The position numbers were made by a program, and so were the translations under genes. DNA of 48,929 nucleotides from positions 1 through 48,929 of the forward strand of contig ADNK01002892.1 of NCBI GenBank assembly GCA_000320545.1, given 5' to 3'. Below are positions 1 to 12,500 of this stretch, one piece after another (the stretch's first letter is position 1; each line of letters opens with the position of its first letter). The DNA comes from Bigelowiella natans CCMP2755. Taxonomy: Eukaryota; Protista; Cercozoa. Below the pieces are notes generated by a model. It saw only the letters and a list, made by a program, of their open reading frames with translations. It made no database searches and was not told the DNA's origin.

Positions 1-260
1 TCCTCTCTATGTGGGTAGATCGAGCATTCGACCGCGGTAGTCTGGCATCCGTATGTCAGCTGCTATGATAGACGCTAGTAGTGCTTGGGAGCTCTTCGTA
101 AATGCCCTCGTGCGCTCGTGAAAGGGGGGGCGAGAGCGATAGGTTTAGAGGTGGCAACGGGATCGACCGTAATCATTGGACGTTGTCCTACACACAGTCA
201 CACTGCTACACATGAATATATATATCTATATATAAGTTACACATATAAAATATTCCGGCA

Positions 261-325
<65 letters not shown>

Positions 326-822
326 ATAATATTCTCTCTATAATTACTGATATAGTAAAATTTATACATATGTAATATGTATTATAGGTGTCTCTGTCGC
401 TAGCAAAGATAAGATCTTTGAGGTAGTACGAGAGAAGCGCAGCACACACGCACACACACGCACACACACACGCACACACACACACACACACACAAAATGA
501 AAGCATAATATCTAAAAAAAAACCACGTTAGAAATCAATTGACTCACACATAAATCGGGCCAGTAACAAACCAAACCACGTTGCAAATACACGCCCTTTG
601 CGCGATCTGCAGGTGCCTACCCCAAAATCACGCTCACTTCCGGAGTTGGTAGTAGAGCCAAGGGAGATTCCCAGGTAAACAGCTGAGAGCACGCATCTTC
701 ATTTTCACAGGGATGCGAAATCAACGGCCCCCCCCAAAAAAACCCCGCAGATTTCATTTCTCCATGTGCTCAAGCTCTGGCTGTTTTTAGAGACGTTCTG
801 AAGAGAGGCATTCTTAATCATA

Positions 823-860
<38 letters not shown>

Positions 861-1166
861 CTCGTGTTTTCGTTATCTCTTTCTAAATGCTTTTTGCGCA
901 ATAGTGTGAAGCTGCGGTGTGTAGTCGCTGTTATTCATTCCCTCGTCGGTCTCCGTTACTATGCGTGACTGATGGCATTACAGGGTTGGCTGGAAGTGGC
1001 GATACCACCAAGAAGCGCCGGAGAGAATCACGGAGGCTCTCGAGGAGTTGAAGGTAGATGGGAGCCCACATGCTCTAGGATGGTCTTTGCAAGGGATTAT
1101 GTCATTGATGTTCTTGATATTTATTGTTTTTTACTAAAATATATGAAAATGTGTATAGGCATATGT

Positions 1167-1207
<41 letters not shown>

Positions 1208-1580
1208 TATTTCGCTCGCGCGGTCAATACCCTCAAACACGCATAAACACATCGCTAGACGTCCAGCTTTCAGGACCTAAGAAGCGGGCTGCGTTTCACG
1301 AGTATTTTCCCCAAAGCGAGGCCTGAGACGCTCAAACTGGCCCATTCCGATGAATACGTCGATATGGTACTGCTCTTGTCCTTTAGCTTCGAGAGTGGAC
1401 AGAAGTGCCCCGGAGATACATTTATACACATGATAAATATATTCATAGAGAGAAAGAGAGAAAGAGAGAGAAGGAAAGAGAGAGAGAGAGAGCAGCGACT
1501 TTTGCTGCTGTATTCTTCATTCCCCTCCGCCTTGGTTTGGTACATAATTGTATGAAGTACGAGGTACTCTATACTTGAGA

Positions 1581-1618
<38 letters not shown>

Positions 1619-1690
1619 ATATATAGTAATAATTATATTGTGTCGCCGTTATAGCACTTTGCACGCTTTCACGAGAAGATGCGAGCTAGA

Positions 1691-1728
<38 letters not shown>

Positions 1729-2309
1729 ATATATAATAATTATATAGTATCGCCGTTATAGCACTTTGCACGCTTTCACGAGAAGATGCGAGCTAGACGA
1801 TGATGATCACGACAGTCCCGATGATTCTAATCTGTATTACGTGTATCTGCCCCTCTAAAGGTTCTTCAGCTGGGGCGAGATGTAAAAGACACGGTGCGTT
1901 TTTCTTGGTTACGCGCGCGTGCGGAATATACAGAACATAGCGTGTGCGCGTTGGAAAAAATGTTTTTCTTCGCCTCTCACTGGTTGTCGGGGTTTTCCAT
2001 TGGATTGGCCCTCTACAGGTACCATTCACGCCACAAGTGCAAAAGACTGTGCAGAAAACAGCAAAGCTCAAGGCTGCGAGTTCTTGCGATACCCTTTTCT
2101 CTCCTGGTAATGTCCCGAAGAAGAAGAGATGTTTATTCAAATAAGCTAATCCCCCCCCCCGCCCTTGAGATGTTGTAGTTTTGATTTTTCCTCACGGATG
2201 AGTTTTTGGAACCGGGGTGTATTTTCGATTGATTTGAGTTCTGGTTGTGATTAGTATCTTACACCGCGTAAGATGGGTAAGAAGTAGGAGGGAGATAGAG
2301 AGAGAGAGA

Positions 2310-2359
<50 letters not shown>

Positions 2360-2463
2360 GAGAGTTAAGTTTAGTGTCTTCATGACCTTACAGGGTCTTT
2401 GGACGCAGCGCTACGAGGAGCAGGGTAAACTGGATCATATTCTCTCACTTTCACAACTTCACA

Positions 2464-2518
<55 letters not shown>

Positions 2519-3300
2519 GCGCGCGCGCGCGCATATACAAGAATGAAAATCAACAACACCATAACACTCGCACTTCTTTAAGGACGGCGTTTGTCGCATC
2601 AGAGCGTTGATAAACAATTAACCCAGCCTCCCTTCCCTCCCACCCTCGTTTACTATATATTGACAACTCTCTGTCACACACAAATGGATATCACCAGAGC
2701 TGTCCTCGCGGCAATCGATCGTATCGCTGAGAGAAAATGCACGAATGCATTCTGTCTTGTGCGGCCCCCAGGTCACCACGCCGGCGTGCAAGGTAGTCCC
2801 CGCCATTGCGGCTCTCTTACTGCCGCGAGATCATAATTGCATGTGCATGCGCCTCTGCTGATATGATCTCACGGCGTGTCGTTGTTACTAAAGGGCTGCT
2901 GAAGTCCGGGAAAAGTTGCGGATTTTGCATCTTTAACAATGTAGCCATTGGGGCGCTATATGCGCAGGTATTACGTTAGCAGTAGCATTAGTAGTAGTAG
3001 TAGTAGTTGTTGTTGTAGTAGCAAAGTTTCCGTAAATGCAATGGTAGTAGCAGTAGTAAAAGAAGTAGTAATAGTAGTAGAAAGCTGCATTAAGGACGAA
3101 AAACTTAATGTCTAAATGCTATTTTGCTGTGTGGTTTGAGCTTAATGGCGTTGGCGATGCTTGGTCCTTCCCTTTTCTAGAAGCATTACGGAGGCGCACC
3201 TTTCAATATCAAGCGTGTGGCCATTGTAGACCTTGATGTGAGTGCAGCATCACAAAATAAAATAATGAAGCTACAAGAAGCAGATTCTATATCAATATAA

Positions 3301-3338
<38 letters not shown>

Positions 3339-3578
3339 CAATATACTTATTATGTTTGAGTGTGTGTGTTTGTGTGTGTGCGCGTGTGGAAGAGAGACAT
3401 TTTCCGGGAAGAAGAAGAAGAAGCGCGTGTGTTAGTTTCCTAATACATTATTATAATCAAGGTTCATCATGGTAATGGAACCGAGGACGTCTTACGTCAA
3501 AGAGGTACTGCTCACTAGGAAAATCGATGATTTGGGACTTTCAATGCATTTACTGAATTGCAGTTCATGCGGTTGATG

Positions 3579-3613
<35 letters not shown>

Positions 3614-3719
3614 GTGTATTTGTTTGTGTAGGCGACCCACGCAATACGCTATTTCTCAGTATTCATGTTTACAGGTTCGTGTAGCGTACATTTCTTTGCA
3701 AAATGTGCATATACAAAGT

Positions 3720-3759
<40 letters not shown>

Positions 3760-4225
3760 GAGAGAGAGAGACACATAGATATATTTATTGATATTTTGAT
3801 TGTTGTTTGTGTTGTCCGAAGCAACTCCGCTGGGCAGTACTACTTCTACCCTGGAAGTGGCGGCAAGAACTCCACGTACCACAACATCGTCAATATCCCA
3901 GTGGAACCCCTGTGGAAGCAAGTAAGGAACTAGCATGATGCACTATATGCATTCATACGTCTTTATATCGATAACGTTTATATGGCAATATTCACATCAA
4001 AATTATTTAATATTTAGTATAAATATAATGTAAATATAAATATAAATATATATATATATATTGATATGACATATATTTTGACATATGTGTGCCGTACGAT
4101 TGATATTAATGTTAGGTTGTCGCAGCTACCAAACCAATCGAGAGAAGAAACGAGAAGAGGAGGAGGTTTGTGTGTGTGTGTGTGTGTGTGTGCGCGCGCC
4201 GCGCGCGCGCGTGTGTGTGTTTCCA

Positions 4226-4277
<52 letters not shown>

Positions 4278-4314
4278 AATCGGTAGACCTTCTCCTCCCC
4301 CACCCCACCAACGC

Positions 4315-4356
<42 letters not shown>

Positions 4357-4755
4357 ATATAACATCTTCCACCGCAATCGAAGTCGGTAAGGCTCACAGC
4401 TCGCAACGCAACACCCCCCTCAGGTCCCCCAATCGTCGTTTCGCTCGAGACGATTTGGTGACATCGTTAAAACCTTCTTCCGCCTCCGCCTCCTATTCTG
4501 GATCGAATCTGGAATCTGCTGCTGCTTCTGCGAAGACCGATTTGTCCACGCCAAGCAGTTCTGGGGGGTGGGGGGCCTTTACCCCTTCCTCCTCGGATGG
4601 AGAATCAAGTGTCGCAAGCACGAAGACGAGAAGTGGCCGAGGTGACGATCCTTCCGTTTTTAACGCATACGTACACACGCGCACACGCGCACACCTGGAT
4701 GGATATATGTTTCTTTGCTGGTCTGCTAATGTAGTTGCGAGGGTGCGTCTTTCTC

Positions 4756-4800
<45 letters not shown>

Positions 4801-5283
4801 GTGTGTGTGCTTGTGCAGTGAAGGCGTGTTATCTTTTTGATGGCGAGTGCGCGCGTGGCAAAGGAATGGCTGGCGCGCTACTGCTACTTGTCGTACACTA
4901 GGCTTTAATAGTAGATAGTAGAGTCGCACACACACACACACACACGCACACGCATTCAACAACACAACAACAACAACAACAACCAAGATGCATGCCTTGA
5001 ATCGTAAGCGTTTCCCTCCCAATCGCACCCAGCCCACTCGGCTGGGGAAATAGGAGCACGGCACACATCCTCTCGAAGGAGCGGCGGCGCTGCCCCAACA
5101 GCAGCAACGACAACAGCTTCCAAGAAGAAGAAAAAAACAAAGAAAATCGTGAATAACGAGACCGCAGGCTCCTCGAAAGGTTCAGGTAGCAGTAGCAGTA
5201 AAAGCGGCAGCGGCACGATGGGTTCCAACGGTGCCGGTGCATCTGCGACTACTTTTGGAGGAAGGGAGGTCTTTATGTGCATT

Positions 5284-5347
<64 letters not shown>

Positions 5348-5814
5348 GCGCTCGCGCGCGCGTGTACGATTGGTGTAAATTCTGACATATATTCCGAAAG
5401 ATTGCTCCACGTTGATATATGTGGGATGATTCTAATGGACGCGCGTGTGTTTCTTTGTTGTTGTTAATGTGTTTAGGTTTGGCGGCGGCGCGTGGAACAG
5501 CAGCTTTTGCCGGCCCTCCGGGCGTTCTCCCCAGACCTCATCCTGATTTCTGCTGGTGAGGCGAGAGTATGCGGGGGAAGTGGAAATGAATTCGATGTGT
5601 TCAGGACGTGGGGTTGTGCGGTTGGCACAGCTGGAACGAACGTGTATTTGTTTATTTGTTAATGTGTCCATTGTTAGGCTTCGACGGGGCTAAGTATGAT
5701 GCGGGGAACCGGTGTCTTTCCACTGACAAAATGGTTAAGTTGTATATAAATAAATAAATATATATATATATATATATATATTAACATTATTATCTATAAT
5801 ATCAGTTATTTATA

Positions 5815-5842
<28 letters not shown>
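261..5842. repeat. Dense intronic microsatellites (TA)n, (CA/TG)n, (GA/TC)n and short (CG)n
   Basis: Tracts visible at about 261-321, 826-857, 1170-1202, 2296-2350, 2461-2532, 4168-4276, 4770-4795 and 5293-5345. Similar tracts occur in introns across the window (e.g. 9107, 18533, 23614, 24205, 35128, 48368, 48666). Confidence 0.95.
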
Positions 5843-5845
<3 letters not shown>

Positions 5846-6908
5846 CGTGTGTATGTGATTCTTGCATGTTTTTTATGTAATAGGGCTTGGACCTCGAACC
5901 CTCTGATTTTGAATGGATTTCGCAGAAAATCCAGGTAGTTTTTCATCGATTTCTGCACAAATGTTAGGAAAAGAAGTCGCCTAACATTCGATGTTTAAAT
6001 ATCTTTATACACATGCGACATGCATTGTCTCAATGCACGAATTATGTATTTTGCCAATGTGGTATGTTCTCCGTGTTACAGGCCATTGCGAACGTTTGCT
6101 GCAATGGACGCGTGATCTCTGTGCTTGAAGGAGGTAGAGATTTTTATAGGACAAATATAATAGTTTCATTCCCTTTGCGGTCACAGTATAAATTATGATC
6201 TTGGTCATTGTTTTCAATGCGTCATCTCCTAGGCTATGGATGCAAGAAGAACATCCTGAAAAGCTCACTGAAACCTGGCAAACATTTGTCCCGAAAAGTT
6301 CTAAGCAACTGCCAAAACTCTCCGCGACGCCCAAACGCAGCGAAGGTATCCGTTCGCGTCGAGAAGCGGAAGGTCCTTGTTTTTCCTTGTCTTTCACATC
6401 TTGGCAATAGCAGCAGGAACTATGCATGATGACGGCGCTGCCAGGGTGAATGTCGGTGATTTTCCTTCGCACTCTTTGTATCTTGCAATTGCAGAACGGG
6501 AAGATCATGATTTACACGGGGTCGCAGAGCACCGCAGCTGCCCTCGAAACGAACAGTGTGAAATCGGACAGCAGCGGGTCTGACAAAGCGCCAACTCCAA
6601 AGGTCTTTCAACGCGCGCGCGGGGAAACATAATTTTGAAGTGAATGAGGGGGTGTGCTTGGGAATACGAGAGGGTGCTGGGGGGCGAGAACAAAGAGGGG
6701 GCTCTGCGAAAGCACTAGCTACTCGATTTCACGTTCCACATTTTCTAATTCTGCACAGGGTGAGGATGCTGCTGCCAAAACCGACGAGTCGGAGAAGACT
6801 GATGTTGACGGCGAGGGGAAGCTCCACCTGGGGATTTTCCGCCGTTGTGTTGCGCGGCACGTGAGAGGCCTCACGGGGTTCTTTTATAGTGATATTCGCA
6901 AACACTAA
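388..6908 (+). CDS. Histone deacetylase family protein (class II-like Zn-dependent deacetylase), multi-exon, 5' end unresolved
   Basis: Spliced exons give HQEAPERITEALEEL (~985-1052), LAHSDEYV (~1340), RPPGHHAG (~2761), CGFCIFNNVAIGA (~2915), VAIVDLD|VHHGNGTED (~3220/3462), FYPGSG..NIVNIPV (~3845-3900), FSPDLILISA|GFDG (~5525/5680), GRVISVLEG|GY (~6106/6233) and a final helix FRRCVARHVRGL before TAA at 6906-6908. These are the canonical HDAC motifs in order. Confidence 0.92.
1584..1800. repeat. Tandem duplication (~107 bp) of an intron end plus exon start in the HDAC gene
   Basis: (TA)n-TTGATATATA...TCGCCGTTATAGCACTTTGCACGCTTTCACGAGAAGATGCGAGCTAGACGAT occurs twice back to back. Only the second copy continues into coding sequence. 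Confidence 0.9.
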
Positions 6909-7399
6909 TTTCTTTGGCAAAACTAGTAAGAGCAGGTGGTAGCAGCTTCATCCGTAGAGGTGATGAAAGCTAACAGCTTGTATCTTCGGGGCGATTGTTT
7001 GAGACAATACGTCTGGAATCTTCAGTTTTTGTTAGATGTATGCACAGGAAAGCGGGTCAACCAAGCACATTACGAAGTGCTGCTGCTTGCACGAAGAGTT
7101 TTTTAAGAGTTTTTATCAAGTTTTCAAAGCCATGCGCCGTTACATAGTGTCGTTTTCTAATTAATTTTAGGGCAATCAAATGTTTAGTCAATCAGTTTTT
7201 TGTAAATTTTCCAAAACATCGATGATTGTGTGCGTCGCGATACGATGTCACGACATACGTGCGATGTCTCCATCTGTTTATATTGTGTTGAATGCTGTCG
7301 TCTATATATGGACAGTCGTGCATCTAGCAGCATTATATCGCAGCAATGGGGCGGCAGCATGTCTGTGATTGGATATGTCGATTTCAAAGAGCAGTCGTA

Positions 7400-8600
7400 C
7401 GATACTAGCGTGCAATCCTTAGCTTAGCGTCCTTGCATTGTCGTGCACGCTGCATATGCACAGCTAATGACATGGACATGCAACATGCTGTGTCTGTCAT
7501 GCTAGCTAGACAGGCGAGCACGATCCTGACTTAAGCAAGCTCTAGAGCTGCCACTAGTCGTCAATCACGTTGGTCACTGCTGCATCGAACATGCCCCGCG
7601 CACGACGCGGTGCACAATTGAAAGATGGATTACTATGTCTATTATATGGACGTTGGACAAAAAAACGCTAGAACGCAGAACGCACTCATGAGATTTGCAT
7701 TCATTGCGATGAGCATTAACGCATCGCATGCTAGTTTGAACGACGTCCATGGCCTTGTTGTGCTAGCTAGCACAGGAGCTACATGCATAAAGTACACGTG
7801 TGCTAAGAAGTGTGCGCTCTGCACCCTTTGCATTAGGAGCTACTGTGGAGTACACGTGTACGTGTGCCAAGAAGAATACGCTCCATTCTAGCATTGTGTA
7901 GCCTGCAGGGGCTACACATGCAGTGCACGTGTGCTAAGAAGAGTGCTCTCCATGGCCTACGCACAGGCTAGCACGGGCTATCTAACTATGTGGACGTGCA
8001 CTGCATGCAGTAACAGTTTCGCCGAGCACATGCTAGCATGTTCATGATTGCTCCTGTAACTGCCATCTGCTAGTCTAGTAATCGCGCTGCTGTGAATTTG
8101 CAATGTGCTCACATGTGTGCATGCTAGCGCACATGCGTGGTACATGTTTCGCTTTTTTTCTGTCTAAACGCTCACACTGACATTCTGTGCATGATGCGCT
8201 GCATGCTGGCTCAGACGTGCGCACCCACGTTGGCTGTCTAGCTAGCTTGTTAGCTGCGTTCCATGCGCACAAAAAGGATTGAAAAAGACGCGCATATCAT
8301 TGGTGACGAATGGTGTTGAGATAAACAGTGCTAGAATGATTGACCTAGCTAGCTAGGATGTTGGGACCACGTACTAGCGTAGTTGGTATACTCTCAAATC
8401 GTTAATCATCCATGGCTCCAGCAGCACGGATGTAGCACTCACGCAATTCGCGGGAAAAATAGGTTTTCTGCGACTTCAATCTTGCTTGCGTCGATGCTTC
8501 AAGAAATGCCAGCATGCGCTATGTGAAGGAAAGTTGCCCTAGCTCAAATGTGTGTGAAACACTGAAAATGAATGCCGGCATAGCTATCTGTGATACCAGG
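7400..8600. other. TpA-depleted, TG/CA/CTAG-rich intergenic island 1
   Basis: Lies between the convergent 3' ends of the HDAC gene and the giant gene. Rich in TGCA/CATG/CACGTG/GCTAGC; depletion is partial, and some GTAC/TAC remain. Confidence 0.75.
7775..7952. repeat. Degenerate tandem repeat, 3 copies of ~65 bp
   Basis: Shared core GTACACGTGTGCTAAGAAG (7792), GTGTACGTGTGCCAAGAAG (7856) and GTGCACGTGTGCTAAGAAG (7923), each preceded by GG(A/G)GCTAC. Confidence 0.75.
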
Positions 8601-8605
8601 ACTCT

Positions 8606-9103
8606 TCACTCGCCATATTCGGTTACAGAGCTTGTAATCTCGACAGGTAGGATGGATTGGAAAGTCTGCGTCAACTGAACCTCGTTGATGCTCAAGTGAA
8701 ACTGTCCTGACGAGCCGAATTTCCCAGCCATTGCCCTACACAAAGTAGATGCAGAAGTCTTAGGCAAAAAGTATGAGAACGTTTCCAAATCTAACGCAAA
8801 CCAGGTTGAAATTTCAAAACCTTAATATTTCTGCTCCGTTGTCAGTGCCAAAGAAAATTGTATTGACCTGCAGCATTTATTTTATCACGCAAATGTTTCA
8901 ATGGTTCATGAACGAGGCATACCTGCAGACCCCGATCATCGTATTTATGCAAAGCTTCGATAGCCTGCTCATTATCTCCCTCGCCATCAGACAGAAACAG
9001 CAAAATTGGCGTGAAATTCTCTGGTATAGCCTTAATGGCATCATCCGCATGCTGGATAGCTGGCCTGCAAAAAGAAAATCAAGATAATTTAGTATCTCAT
9101 ATA

Positions 9104-9140
<37 letters not shown>

Positions 9141-9540
9141 TGTGTGTGTTCTTTTAATTCTCACCCGAAATCGGTGCCCCCGTAGATATGTGAAAATGTT
9201 TTAGATCGACACACTTGCGAGTCCTCACTAAAGAGTGTCTAATAGAAGCATACATGGTTAGTGTTACTACAAATGGTAAACACATGTAGATTCAATTAAA
9301 ACTAAATAACCTGAGCGCCAGAAGAGAATAGAATAACAGTTACCCAGTCGCCTAATAGATCGGAAAGTCAAAAACAGAAAAATGATATCAAATTACTAAA
9401 GTACTTACCACTCCTCATAGCACAGAGATTTTGCATGAAGTCGTTGTAGGCTTTCATCAGCTGTTTCCAGGGTGTCACCCCATTGGCGTCATCGACATGC
9501 ATTGAACCGGATGAATCCAGGCAGAATACAAAATGAAATG
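8606..9540 (-). other. C-terminal VWA (MIDAS) domain of the giant protein
   Basis: FHFVFCLDSSGSM (DxSxS), then spliced exons DWVTVILFSSGA, YGGTDFG, PILLFLSDG, VNTIFFG and LRAMAGKFG. The MIDAS residue set is complete. Confidence 0.88.
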
Positions 9541-12500
9541 CATTTCTAGGGGAGTTGAGAGTTTTCAGATTCCGCCCGATGGTTGCTGATTGACTCCCGC
9601 TGACTCCCTTACCATTCTGCAGGATATCAATTGTCTCGTATGACACCTTGTCCAGCTCATTAGCTTTTTTAATGTCTTCTTTCCGCTTCCCGCTTTGCTT
9701 TGATGACAAAGATTCTCTGACACTATTTAACGTGCTGTAGAGAGTGTTAGACGCAGCAGCTTTCTTCAACTCCTCCAGGGTCAAACCGAGTTTTCCAGCC
9801 ACCACCTCAGCACAGAGAAGTAGTTTGTATGAACCCGATTTCCCCTGGCGTGCTGTCCGGCCTTGGATTTGTTTCTCTTCGGACTTTGAGAGTGAGAAAA
9901 AGGTCTGTATTACCAATACCCCTCCGTTGTCCTCTACCTCCTTGTCTAAGCATTGGAAGTCAAGTCCTCGACCAAAAACCCTCGGAAAGTATGTGACGGC
10001 TCCTTGCTTCATAGCCAGCTGTATGTGCCGATCTTTGTTGGGTGTTTTTTCTGTCACAGTGTGCGGTTGCAACTTTGTTTCAATGTCCTTTCCATAGGAA
10101 GTTTGCGTAAAATCGCAGATGTCATCGTTGGTGTCGAAGAAAACAAGTACACATCTGTGAGAAGCGACCGCTCTTCCAATGAGCACCGCAAGTTTTTGCC
10201 AGTGATTCATTCGTCCAGACTCCAAAATAGTATCGGCTTCTTTTTTGAACAAGTCATACCCTTGCAAACGGTAGATGCTAGGAGTCAAGGTGGTGCTTTT
10301 CACGTTGTAGTCGTTTTCAACGACGTCTTTCTCATGTTTAGGCATATCTTTCAATGTGCCAGTGACACCAAGGATTGCATCGAAGTATTTATTTGGGATG
10401 TTAGCATATGAAAAGTGGCCGCAGGTCATGGTAATTCCCACCCTTGTCAGAGCAACTTGGCTTGATATCACCTTCAGATCAACTTGCTCCATGTAAGCGA
10501 AATCGGTCATATACCCACACCAGCGTGATGTGGTCTCCCGGCCGTGCTCACGATATGCGATGAGGCTCTCTCCTGTATCCGGGTTCGTTTTAACGCTGTA
10601 TTTGTGGCTTTTAAACTCCTTCAGAGCTGAAATAATCTTGGGTAAATTAAACTCGAGAAGCCATTCAAAATCGGAATACTTTGCTTTCATCTTTTGGTAG
10701 GCCTTTGATGCTTTGATGGTGTGGATGTTAGGATTCCCCCCCCGAGCATCCCAGATGTGCTTTAGAAGATTGTACTCTTCCTCGCCTTTGAATTTGCAGG
10801 CTGGATTGTAAGTCTTTCCGCAAAAGTCCTCTGAAAAGAAGACGTCTACCTCATCAATAAGAAGCACTCTCAGTCTCTTTCCCTCCCTTCCCTCCTGTTT
10901 CTGACTTTTCTTTTTCTCAACGAAACTCTTCGACAGCTCTCGGATGTTGCCGCGTTCATTTAGTAAAATGTTGGCAAGATCCTTCAGGGTGGAATATGTG
11001 ATGTCACTCTCCTGCGTAACTCCCACTTTGAATCCGAATTGCTTCCAAAATTTATCAAAGCTGTTCTTATCACGCTTGCTCAAATATGCACTGTAACATG
11101 CGCAATTTACCTTTGCACCTAGCAAGACTAAGACGGTAGTAAGCATACCGAGAATAAGAGATTTGCCTCCTCCTGTCTCAACCTCGGCTAGGTGATTCTT
11201 GAGATGAGAAGACCAAGGTAATATTTTATCGGAGAATTTTCCTGTGTCGACTCCCAGAACGCGGAACAGAGTGAATATCTGCACTGGATGCAAAATAATC
11301 GGTATTTTGTTCTCCCTCTCATTCCAAATGCTCCAGAATGCAGAGATACCCCCAAGAAGAGAAGCCATTTCTTGCTTTCCAGCATTCCATTTGTCTGTAT
11401 TAATTTTCTTTGCCAGTTTAGAAATATCGTTGATGAATGAGCGGTATGACTTGCGACCATTTTTCATGAATTCTTTATGGGTATCTTGGTACTTCTCTAA
11501 TTCTCTCTTAAGTTTTTTGGTGTCGATGGTGTCGCCGTTCTTCTCCTTTAGTTGTTCTAGAGCATGGTCAGCGGTGATTCTTCCAACAAGTTTGTTGAAT
11601 TTCTCAGCTCGAACCTTCTTAAAGATCGGCTGAGTACAGCAAATCTCTTCCGCATTCTCATTGCAAAGATATACATCAAGTGCAGTTAGGTCTATGATTT
11701 TCTTTTTTTTGTAATGTTCTAAGATATCTTTTATATTGTCATCAACATGCTTGATAATCTTTTCTTCGGTGATATGAGTTTTTTCTTTATTCAAACGAAT
11801 CAAAAAGTCTCCGAGAGTTCCCACACAGGGCTTGCGATTGCTTACGATCCATGTATCTTTAGCTTTCGTTATTTGATCGAGAAAATCCTTTATAACCTTG
11901 TCCACGTGTCCTGATTCCTGAAATTCTTTTTCGAACGAACGAATATTATTCAGGTAGTCATCGGCCTTCCGCTTGTTCGTTTTCAAGCAATTAATCGCTT
12001 GATTTTCCAGGTTTTGTATGTGCTCACTTATTTCGTTATTGAGTGCTTCACTTGATTGTTTGACGCGAGTAAAAATGTCCTGATGATCGAGTTCGAATTT
12101 TTCTTGACTTAATAATTTGAAGTTTTGCAATACGCGACGGATCTTAACGTATTTTCCACTGTTGAGTTCACGAAGGGCATCATCTTTAGAACTCTTGATT
12201 TTTTTAGCAAACGTTGAAACGAGATCTTTATATTTCGTGATTCCGTCTCTACCACTTTTCACATCGCGTAGTTGTCTGCACAGTAAATCAGTATTTACAA
12301 CTTCGTTCAACAAGTCGAGATTATGCACAGATTCTGTAATTCCAGCCAGGGCTTTGTCATAATTCTCATTTTTTTTCCCTTCTATAGCCACTCTGATCTT
12401 GATCTCCTTTGAAATACTAAGATAGCTTAGTTTGGATTTATGTAACTCCCGGAGCCAGTTTAAGGCCGTTGCATGCTCATTCCAGGATTTTTGGCGCTCA

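Noticed and set aside
85-5467. Many ORFs with YIYIYI, HTHTHT, CVCVCV or RERERE runs
   Set aside because: They are translations of intronic microsatellites, not proteins.
7775-7952. CRISPR-like repeat/spacer array
   Set aside because: Only three degenerate copies, related spacers, a eukaryotic context and no cas genes.
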